A DNA stretch of 26,988 nucleotides from Planctomycetaceae bacterium (GTDB lineage: Bacteria > Planctomycetota > Planctomycetia > Planctomycetales > Planctomycetaceae), in NCBI GenBank assembly GCA_035434085.1, contig DAORWD010000001.1, positions 1-26,988 on the forward strand, in the 5' to 3' direction. The translations under genes and the position numbers were made by a program. Shown here piece by piece: positions 10,081-17,490 of this stretch (its first letter is position 1; each line of letters opens with the position of its first letter). A model generated the notes under the pieces. That model made no database searches and was not told where the DNA came from. It saw nothing but the letters and a program-made list of their open reading frames with translations.

Positions 10081-12654
10081 CTAACTTCCAGGCATTCCTT
10101 TTCGGCGCGGTTCCACCGCCTTACGGATCGAATGCTCGACCTCCTGCCAGCCTTTACGCTGGGGAGAATACTCCAGCACCGGTTTGGCGTTCCAGGTGGC
10201 GGTCTGGAACTTCTTCAATTCCTGCTCCAGCGGGACGTTGGAGTCCCAACCGTCGCGGTCGAGTGGAACGACGATTAGTGTGCAGGATTTATCCTCGGCC
10301 TTCGCACGTTTCACCGCTTCCGGTGCCTCGGTCTGCTGAATGAAACTCGAAGCACAGCTATTGATCGAGTGGAACAAGAGCACGATGTCCGCCCCGGCCA
10401 ATTCCTCCAGGATGCGCTCCTCCCATTCCTCGCCGGCCACCAATTGTTTGTCGTCCCAAGTCTGAATGTAGCCGCGCTCGCCGAGGATGGTCAGGTGCTT
10501 CGACAGCGGCCGAATTTTCTTTTCGTCGTCATGGGCGTAGCTGACAAACAGCCGCATCCGGGGCAATGCAGAGTCCCGATCGGCTTCGCAGGCTTGCGGG
10601 CTTTCGATGCTGTCCAGCGTCTCCGTCACCATCACCGTTGCCTGCTCTCCATCTTTGGTTTCTTCTTCGACTTTCCTGGTCCCTTTCTCTTCGAGCAACC
10701 GCAGCTTTCCCACTCGCACCCAGGAATCCCGGTGCTCTTCCATTTCCACTTCTTCCACCACTCGGACCTTGCCGTGCAAGACAGTCAGATGCGCGCGGAT
10801 CAAGTCAAACAGACTCTGCGGATCATCCGCCGTGTCATCGATGACGGCCACCTCGGTGCGGCGTTCGGTGCGGTTGAGACGGACCAGCGCCCGGCATTCG
10901 GCCCATTCCAGCACCACGCCGCTGCGCCAGCGCCAGTCGGGATGCTCTTCACTCATCTCGTGGGTCCGCACGATGAACCGCGGCAGCAGTCCGGGCGGCA
11001 GTGCGTCGGGATACGAGAATCGCAGCCGCCGCACCTGCGGACCTCGGAACTCCGTGAAGGCTTCCGGCTGTTCTTCGCGCAGCAATTCGGGAATCAGCCA
11101 GCCCGTGCCATCCAGCGGAAACGCCACCTCGAACTTCTCCATCAGTTCGAGCACGAGGCCGTGTTTGTCTTCCGGGTATTCGGCCGGGTCGAGCGCCTGC
11201 GTCATGGACGAAAGCTGCATCACGCCGTGGCAGTCCTGTTTCTGGACGAATCGGATCAGGCCGTAGATCGCTTCCGTGACCCATTTCGGCTTCAACACGC
11301 TGGTCGATCGCAGTCGATGGTGGTCTCGGAAATTGAGCGCGATTCCCAACCGGTGCAGCGTCTGCACCAAGCTGTCTTGCTTGCCAACGTCGTCCACGCC
11401 GGTCTCCTGGCACAACGCCTGGTAGTCCCGGTATTCCAGGAAACTCTGCGGCATCTCGGTCAGCTTTTGCTTCACGCGGTGCCACTTCTTCGACACGCCC
11501 AGCCACACGTCCCGCATGCCGCCCACGGTCTTCGCCAGCAGCTCGCGCAGCGTCTCAATTCCGCGCAGCGTGAAGGCACCCGTCTCGACGAACCCAGCGA
11601 TTTGCGGGCAGCGTTCCTGCAGACGGAAGCGATCGACCGAAAAGGGGTGATCGTCGTACTTCGTCAGAACCACGATCACCGGACTGTCGCCGCCAAAGCT
11701 CTGGATAAACCGCAGCCAGTAGTCGGTCTCCAATTCCCAATTGCTTTCCCGGCCCTGTAACACGAGCAGATAGACGCAGCGTTCGGCGAGAAAAATCTGA
11801 TGTGTGCCGTGCAGAAATTCCTGCCCGCCGAAATCCCACACATGTCCCGTCGCAGTTCCCTGCGCGCAGTTCAGGTCAAGCGGCAGCACGTTGATGCCCG
11901 GCGTCTCAAGTTCCTCTTTGTCCGTGGGCTCTCCGCGCAAGGCCTTCAAGAGCGATGTCTTCCCGACTCGCCCACGTCCGACCAACAGCAGCCGCACTTC
12001 CCGCATCGGCTCCTTACCTTCGGCCTGTCGCGAAAAATAGAAGTCGAGGATCGCCTGCGGATTAGCGGGTGGATTATTTTCGGCTGATTCGCTAAACATT
12101 GGCCCCAACAGTTCGGTGGGCAGTTCCAAGGCTTCGTTGCCGTGCAGTGTCAGTTCTTTGAGTGATCGTAGGTCTTTCAAACTTTCCGGCAGTTTTGTCA
12201 GCGCGTTGTTTTCCAGAATGAGCCGTTCCAACCCGGCCAACCGCCCGATCTCCGGTGGCAACGTGCTGAGTAGATTGCTGCCAAGGTAGAGCGACGTCAA
12301 CGCGGTAAACTTGCCGATCGCCTGCGGCATTGTGCTGAGTCGGTTGCCTTGCAGGACAAGCCACTTTAATGCCGTGAGGTCGCCGATCTCTGCTGGCAGT
12401 GTGCTGAGCTTGTTGCTGCTGACGTCGAGTGACGTCAACGCCGTGAGCTGGCCGATCTCCTGCGGCAGTGTACGGAGTTGGTTGCCTTGCAGAATAAGCC
12501 ACGTCAACCCTTTCAGCTGGCCGAGGTCCAGTGGCAGCGTGCAGAGGCCCAAATGGCTCAGATCGAGATGACGGCCGCCCTCCTCGCGACAGGCGTCGAT
12601 CCGTCGCTGGGCTTCGGCGTAGCCGTCATTGGACTTGCTGCTGGTCTTTGCCAT
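10081..12654 (-). CDS. LRR-Roc-COR-TIR (prokaryotic Roco) protein
   Basis: About 7 23-aa LRRs; Roc P-loop GRGRVGKT, switch II WDFGGQE, TKYD; COR region (LHRLG..L.F, VLKPKWVTEAIY, PPGLLPRFIVR); C-terminal TIR-like domain LFVSYAHDD...WDDKQLVAGEEWEERI...ADIVLL...SFIQQTE (10084-10554). Start reassigned to ATG 12654. Confidence 0.92.
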   Translation of the reverse strand: MAKTSSKSNDGYAEAQRRIDACREEGGRHLDLSHLGLCTLPLDLGQLKGLTWLILQGNQLRTLPQEIGQLTALTSLDVSSNKLSTLPAEIGDLTALKWLVLQGNRLSTMPQAIGKFTALTSLYLGSNLLSTLPPEIGRLAGLERLILENNALTKLPESLKDLRSLKELTLHGNEALELPTELLGPMFSESAENNPPANPQAILDFYFSRQAEGKEPMREVRLLLVGRGRVGKTSLLKALRGEPTDKEELETPGINVLPLDLNCAQGTATGHVWDFGGQEFLHGTHQIFLAERCVYLLVLQGRESNWELETDYWLRFIQSFGGDSPVIVVLTKYDDHPFSVDRFRLQERCPQIAGFVETGAFTLRGIETLRELLAKTVGGMRDVWLGVSKKWHRVKQKLTEMPQSFLEYRDYQALCQETGVDDVGKQDSLVQTLHRLGIALNFRDHHRLRSTSVLKPKWVTEAIYGLIRFVQKQDCHGVMQLSSMTQALDPAEYPEDKHGLVLELMEKFEVAFPLDGTGWLIPELLREEQPEAFTEFRGPQVRRLRFSYPDALPPGLLPRFIVRTHEMSEEHPDWRWRSGVVLEWAECRALVRLNRTERRTEVAVIDDTADDPQSLFDLIRAHLTVLHGKVRVVEEVEMEEHRDSWVRVGKLRLLEEKGTRKVEEETKDGEQATVMVTETLDSIESPQACEADRDSALPRMRLFVSYAHDDEKKIRPLSKHLTILGERGYIQTWDDKQLVAGEEWEERILEELAGADIVLLFHSINSCASSFIQQTEAPEAVKRAKAEDKSCTLIVVPLDRDGWDSNVPLEQELKKFQTATWNAKPVLEYSPQRKGWQEVEHSIRKAVEPRRKGMPGS
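12229..12504 (-). repeat. ~138-bp tandem duplication inside the LRR region
   Basis: GACGTCAACG occurs at 12293 and 12431 (offset 138) and the flanking sequence is closely similar. Protein repeats 2/4 and 3/5 are pairwise alike. Boundaries are approximate. Confidence 0.75.
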
Positions 12655-12959
12655 ATTTTGTTTCCTGCGTTTACCTCGATGGGTTCCGACGACCGCCGGA
12701 CCCACGCCTTGATGCGTTGCAATTCCGAGAGTTTCTCCACGAGTCTCTGGTCAGTGATTCTCGCGGCGGCCGACCTGTTGACTTGAAGCCAGCCCAATTT
12801 GCCCGCCATGATCCCAAGGGTACACCCGAAAGTCCATCACTGCCCCATTCGGCAACGGTGTGACGGATTTTTGTAGCCGAATTCGAAGTAGCTTGGGACC
12901 ATCGTCCCGAGCGAACAAGGAGTTTCGGACGGAACTTTTCGACTGTCCCAATTGCCAAA

Positions 12960-13140
12960 GACCCCATCCGGCTCGCCCGGATCGGTGAATCTGATGGAGT
13001 GCTAAGAACTCGCCCCCATCACCGGTTCCCTTCTTCCAGTCCTGCCGCCGAAGGCGGCAGGACTGGAAGAAGTGGGCTGTGGCCGGGCTCCTTTTCTAGC
13101 TCACCATCATCTTCACCAATGGCACGAGGCCATTGGGGTC
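12960..13140. repeat. Inverted doublet of the GACCCC-hairpin repeat with a central perfect hairpin (REPIN-like)
   Basis: Copy at 12960-13004(+) GACCCC ATCCGG CTCGC CCGGAT CGGTGA and copy at 13096-13140(-) GACCCC AATGGC CTCGT GCCATT GGTGA AGAT GATGGTGAGCTAG. A perfect 20-bp stem with a GAA loop lies between them at 13030-13072. Confidence 0.8.
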
Positions 13141-13142
13141 GA

Positions 13143-13301
13143 AGGAACCAAGCCATCGCGGGCGATCGCCAGATAGATTCGCGGCCCTGTGATCATATTG
13201 GAATTCGTTGCGCCGAATGTCGAGATCATCACACCGACCGCAGCAACTTTGGCCCCCACCGGACCGAACGTCACCTGAAACACGTCGACCGCGACGACGG
13301 A
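13143..13301 (-). pseudogene. Fragment of an APC-family amino acid permease
   Basis: 53 codons read SVVAVDVFQVTFGPVGAKVAAVGVMISTFGATNSNMITGPRIYLAIARDGLVP, matching the APC 'ISTFG..N.....PR...A.ARDG..P' segment. The rest of the gene is missing on both sides. Confidence 0.8.
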
Positions 13302-15440
13302 CTAATGCACGGACGTAAATTCACTGCTGTTGAGATAGGCCCAGAGCATGTCCTCGGTGGCTGTGCGGATGGCCTGATCGGCAGGCAGGGAACGAGTCAG
13401 TGCCCGGTAACGACTGCGGAAAACTTTTTCCTCTCCGGCGGATGGTTCACGATTCAGCGTTGCCATTGCGATACGCTCCAACGTTTGAGCAATTCCCTGA
13501 GGGCCGCTATGGACAGCTTTCGTCACTTCAGCGGCGGTCATGGGAATGGCGGCCTGCAGGTCTTCACCATTCATCATCAGCATCGCCTGAGCAATATTAC
13601 CCTCGAACGCCAGTTGTTCGTCGTTTTCGTCGGTCCCGTAGGCTCGCACAAACTGTTCAACCCATTCTCGACGATGCGTCGAGCCAATCGAGGAATCGAT
13701 CGGCTGGGCAGCGGCGGATCGGATCGCAATTCGAATCGAATCGTAAACCTGCTCTGGTGCCATCTGTCGCGGATACGCTCGAGAAAACAATGGCGTGCCG
13801 CCTTCTTCAGGATCATCCAATGCCAGAGAAGAAGCAGGCTGAACGCTGGACAGCTGAAACGATTGCGAAAGCGTCAGCCAACGCATTAGCCGCCTTACGT
13901 CATAGTCTGAATCAACAAATGACTGCGTGAGGAGACTGACTAGTTCAGGATGGCTGACTGGGTTATGGAAGCCCAGATCGTCGATTGGATTTGAAAATCC
14001 GTAACCAAAGACCTGCGCCCAGGACCGATTGACCATCGCCTTCGCCACCATCTGGTGACTGTCCGCCGCTAAAAGTCGTACAAGTTCCGAACGGCGTGAA
14101 CTTGAATCGTCCGCCGCCATGGCGTGGCCATCAAATTCGGGCAGCACGGCTTTCTCCTGGCCGCGCAGGGTCTCGTAAAACGTCATTCCCGCCGGGGCAG
14201 AATCGGAAAGCACAAGGACATTCTTCTCTCGTCCGTCCACTGTCTTTACCGCCAGTGGTTTTCGTTCGGCCTGTTTGAAAAATGCATTCAGAGACCAAAA
14301 TTCATCCTGGTGGCGATCTTTGGCGAACGGATGATCATGACACTGAGTACACTGCACTTGCTGACCCAGAAACAATCGTGCGGTCACGGCAGTTGCAGGC
14401 GTGGCTTTATCGTTCAAATGAGCAAGCAGAAAATTTGTGGCTCCGTTTTGATCACTCCGGCCTTCGGCGGCAATCAGATCTCCAACAGTTTCCATCCACG
14501 GGCGATTTGCTGAAAACTGCCGCAACAAGAAATCGTACAACGCGCCTTCATCCACTTTTCCAACGTTGCTGCGGCCGATGAGCAGATTGGTCCAGGTGAC
14601 CGAGAGACTTTCGGCGTAGCGAGGATCATCCAGCAGGGAATCAACCAGTTCGGAACGTTTCCTCGGAGACTTCCGGGCGACAAACGTGGACACTTCTATG
14701 ACGGTCGGAATCCGACCGCTCAGCGTCAGGTAGCAGCGGCGAACCCATTCGTAGTCGTCCGCCTGTTGTGCGGGGACGACATCGTTGTCGGCCCAGGCAG
14801 CGGCCACGAGTCGATCTATTTCAGCAATGACTGCCGCATCATCCAGCGCCACCGCTGGTGCGTCATCGGACGGAACACGCATTTCGCCAGGCGGCAAGGG
14901 TACGCCAGCGTCGTTTCGAGAAGTCGATGCAATGGAATCTGGCAACATGCCGTTTAATGGGAGTGGTGCCAGATGATTTGGCTCATCTGGAGGCACGACA
15001 TTCGGATTGGCAGCTGCGTTTTCACCTGGTACCCGATGTTCGATAGCTGAATTTGTTTTTGTGATGGACTGTAGATGAGTGCCAGCCACATTGATTGGTG
15101 CCGCTGGGTGCCAAAGAATAGACCCCAGTCCCGCAAGCAGCAGACATGCGGCGACCGCTGTCGCCATTCGAACGCTGAATCTCGACCAGGGCGATGCTAC
15201 GGGAGAAAGCTTGTACTGTAACGCTGTTGCTTCGGTCAGGACTGAAGTTAGATTTGAACCGGCCAGAACGCCGGCATCCCAGGCAAGTTGTCCGTGCAAC
15301 TGTGTGAACTCAACAAACATTAACTGAAGCGAACGGTCAGTCCGCAGCAATGACTGCAGTTCGAGCAAGTTCTCATCGGACAACTGCTGCTCGCACCACA
15401 GATTGCATAACGTCAGAAAATGTTCCTGCGGGTTGTTCAC
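13302..15440 (-). CDS. Putative anti-sigma factor fused to DUF1549/DUF1553 domains
   Basis: The GTG start at 15440 overlaps the sigma stop (GTGA) and has a GGAGGT RBS. Architecture: N-terminal helical domain (QLSDENLLELQSLL...FVEFTQLHGQL), TM helix (~15111-15167), Pro/Ala linker, DUF1549 (EWVRRCYLTLSGRIPT, CTQCHDHPF), DUF1553 (MVNRSWAQVFGYG, HPELVSLL, LWAYLNSSEF). Confidence 0.85.
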   Translation of the reverse strand: MNNPQEHFLTLCNLWCEQQLSDENLLELQSLLRTDRSLQLMFVEFTQLHGQLAWDAGVLAGSNLTSVLTEATALQYKLSPVASPWSRFSVRMATAVAACLLLAGLGSILWHPAAPINVAGTHLQSITKTNSAIEHRVPGENAAANPNVVPPDEPNHLAPLPLNGMLPDSIASTSRNDAGVPLPPGEMRVPSDDAPAVALDDAAVIAEIDRLVAAAWADNDVVPAQQADDYEWVRRCYLTLSGRIPTVIEVSTFVARKSPRKRSELVDSLLDDPRYAESLSVTWTNLLIGRSNVGKVDEGALYDFLLRQFSANRPWMETVGDLIAAEGRSDQNGATNFLLAHLNDKATPATAVTARLFLGQQVQCTQCHDHPFAKDRHQDEFWSLNAFFKQAERKPLAVKTVDGREKNVLVLSDSAPAGMTFYETLRGQEKAVLPEFDGHAMAADDSSSRRSELVRLLAADSHQMVAKAMVNRSWAQVFGYGFSNPIDDLGFHNPVSHPELVSLLTQSFVDSDYDVRRLMRWLTLSQSFQLSSVQPASSLALDDPEEGGTPLFSRAYPRQMAPEQVYDSIRIAIRSAAAQPIDSSIGSTHRREWVEQFVRAYGTDENDEQLAFEGNIAQAMLMMNGEDLQAAIPMTAAEVTKAVHSGPQGIAQTLERIAMATLNREPSAGEEKVFRSRYRALTRSLPADQAIRTATEDMLWAYLNSSEFTSVH

Positions 15441-16009
15441 TGAACACCTCCCGTTGCGAGATGACGGCGGATACATTCAAGCAGAACCCGGCGCACCCGT
15501 CCCAGGGACTGATACACTGAATTCGCAGGACGGCCAAGCTGCTCAGCCACGTCGTCCCCAGTTGAGCCCATCGCGTAACGACGGCGAATTAGTTCCTGAT
15601 CCTGCGCCCGCAATTTGCCGATGCATTCTGTCAATGCGTCCCGGCGCTGTTCAAAGTCGATCGGTTGTTCTTCAACCCGATCCGCAAGCAATTCAACCAC
15701 GTCGTCACCGAGTAAATGCATGCGATGATGACGCGATCTGCGGAACCGAAACACTTCAAGGCGTGCGATGGCCCGGCCCCAGGCAAGGAAGTTTGTTCCT
15801 GGTTCGAATTGAGTCCACTTACTGAGGATCACGACGTTTGTTTCCTGCAGCACTTCTTCGGCATCTGCTGTTGTTTGAACAAGTGGAAGGATAAATAAAT
15901 AGAGCGCGCGTTGAGACTGCGTAAACAACCGCACAAAGTCTTCGCTCGGACCCTGGTGGTTATCCGCAGAGACACTTGAAGATTGTCCTACCGAATCCGC
16001 CATGGACAT
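15437..16009 (-). CDS. ECF sigma-70 factor, Rhodopirellula/Verrucomicrobium type (TIGR02989-like)
   Basis: Region 2 (FVRLFT..QRALY.FI...DAEEVLQETNVV...WTQFEPGTNFLAW) and region 4 (CIGKLRAQDQELIRRRY...VAEQLGRPANSVYQSLGRVR). Start is 16009 or 16003. Confidence 0.93.
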   Translation of the reverse strand: MSMADSVGQSSSVSADNHQGPSEDFVRLFTQSQRALYLFILPLVQTTADAEEVLQETNVVILSKWTQFEPGTNFLAWGRAIARLEVFRFRRSRHHRMHLLGDDVVELLADRVEEQPIDFEQRRDALTECIGKLRAQDQELIRRRYAMGSTGDDVAEQLGRPANSVYQSLGRVRRVLLECIRRHLATGGVQ

Positions 16010-16041
16010 TCCCGCGACGTGAATTAGACAGTCGTTACAGC

Positions 16042-16076
16042 TCAGGAGCCCGGACTGCAACAGTTCGGGCTCCTGA
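16042..16076. repeat. Intergenic hairpin between the DUF1501 gene and the sigma gene
   Basis: TCAGGAGCCCGGACTG-CAA-CAGTTCGGGCTCCTGA: 16-bp stem with one mismatch/wobble and no U-tract. Confidence 0.65.
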
Positions 16077-16113
16077 TGTTACATCATCTCTTGCTCACCT
16101 GTCACGATGAAAC

Positions 16114-17415
16114 TTAGCCGATCAGTTCCTGAATCGGGGTTCCGCCGTTGGCCAGTTTCATTGGACGACCACGTTTTGACGTGTGGACGGTATTCACTGG
16201 AATACCCATAGCCAAAGCAACAGTTGCCCAAATGTCGCCTGGCAGGTACGCCTTGCTGCCTTCGGCAATCTGCAGTCCATCTTTATCGGTCGCACCAACA
16301 GCCTGACCATTCTTCAGACCACCGCCACCAATCATAACGCTCCATGAATTGGCCCAATGATCGCGGCCAATATCCTGGTTAATACGTGGAGTACGACCGA
16401 ACTCACCCATCCATACGAGAACGGTATCGTCGAGCATTCCCCGCTGTTTCAGGTCAGCCGTGATTGCGGCAATTCCTTTGTCAAGGACTGGCAGACGCTG
16501 ATTCTTCAGCGTGTCAAACACGCCAGCGTGAAGGTCCCAACCGCCCAGGTTGACTTCCACGAACGGCACACCGACCTGAACAAGGCGGCGGGCCATCAGC
16601 AGTCCCTGACCGAAGCCATTCTTGCCGTAGGCTTCTTTTGTGGCTTCCGATTCAGCTTCAAGGCCCAGAGTCGGATCGGACTTTGCAGCATCAAAGGCAG
16701 CCATCTGATTTGAGGTCATCAGGTTGACGGCGCTCGCGTAAATATCCTTGTGGGCCTTTGGCAATTCTCCGCGACGTGATGCCATGAAGCTGGATTCGAT
16801 TTCTTCCAGCATGGTGAGGCGATCACCAAGTCGGGTCTTGCCCTCTTCCGACGGCGAGTTACGAATCCGACCAGTATTATCGACCACGAACGGAGCGTGC
16901 GTCATGCCAAGGAAACCAGCCTGCCCAGCACCACCATCAACAGAAACGAACGCCGGGATTTCCAGAGCCTTACGGTTCTTGCCGAGCTCGTAACTGACAA
17001 CCGAGCCAAACGTTGGATGCACAACGGTTGGGTTAGGGACATAAGAAGTCTGCATGTAGTACCGCCCGCGGCCATGGTCCGCTTCACGAGTACTCATGGA
17101 ACGCACGATTGACAGATCACCAAACATTTTGGCTGTTTCAGGCATGTGCTCGCTAATCTGCACACCGGAAGCCGCCGTATCGATCGGCCTGAATTCTCCA
17201 CCATTCTTTGAACCTGGCTTCAGGTCCCAAATGTCGATCGTGGGCGGACCGCCACCCATCCACATCAGAATACAAGCCTTTTGCTTTGATCTGACGACGT
17301 CCGCATTTGCCTGAACGTGCGACAGAAAGTTCATGGCGGGCACCGTAGCCGCCGCAGTTGCCATATGCTGCATAAAATGCCGACGATTCATTCCGTAGTT
17401 ATTCCAAAGAGCCAT
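16114..17415 (-). CDS. DUF1501 domain protein with Tat signal
   Basis: NRRHF twin-arginine motif; [66 protein letters not shown]...GRDHW. Confidence 0.93.
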   Translation of the reverse strand: MALWNNYGMNRRHFMQHMATAAATVPAMNFLSHVQANADVVRSKQKACILMWMGGGPPTIDIWDLKPGSKNGGEFRPIDTAASGVQISEHMPETAKMFGDLSIVRSMSTREADHGRGRYYMQTSYVPNPTVVHPTFGSVVSYELGKNRKALEIPAFVSVDGGAGQAGFLGMTHAPFVVDNTGRIRNSPSEEGKTRLGDRLTMLEEIESSFMASRRGELPKAHKDIYASAVNLMTSNQMAAFDAAKSDPTLGLEAESEATKEAYGKNGFGQGLLMARRLVQVGVPFVEVNLGGWDLHAGVFDTLKNQRLPVLDKGIAAITADLKQRGMLDDTVLVWMGEFGRTPRINQDIGRDHWANSWSVMIGGGGLKNGQAVGATDKDGLQIAEGSKAYLPGDIWATVALAMGIPVNTVHTSKRGRPMKLANGGTPIQELIG

Positions 17416-17490
17416 CTAAATCACTCCCGTAGGTGAAAAACATAAGTAAAAGCTGGTGCGACGGCGACACGCCGATCCGCGATCAAATCA

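Noticed and set aside
10369-11760. 463-aa antisense ORF (and other long antisense ORFs such as 7633-8397, 12999-13889 and 23714-25042)
   Set aside because: These are shadow frames opposite well-supported genes, which is expected with GC-rich codon bias.
12671-12967. Short ORFs upstream of the Roco gene as a possible partner gene
   Set aside because: Three overlapping frames with no recognisable domain; a small partner cannot be supported from sequence alone.
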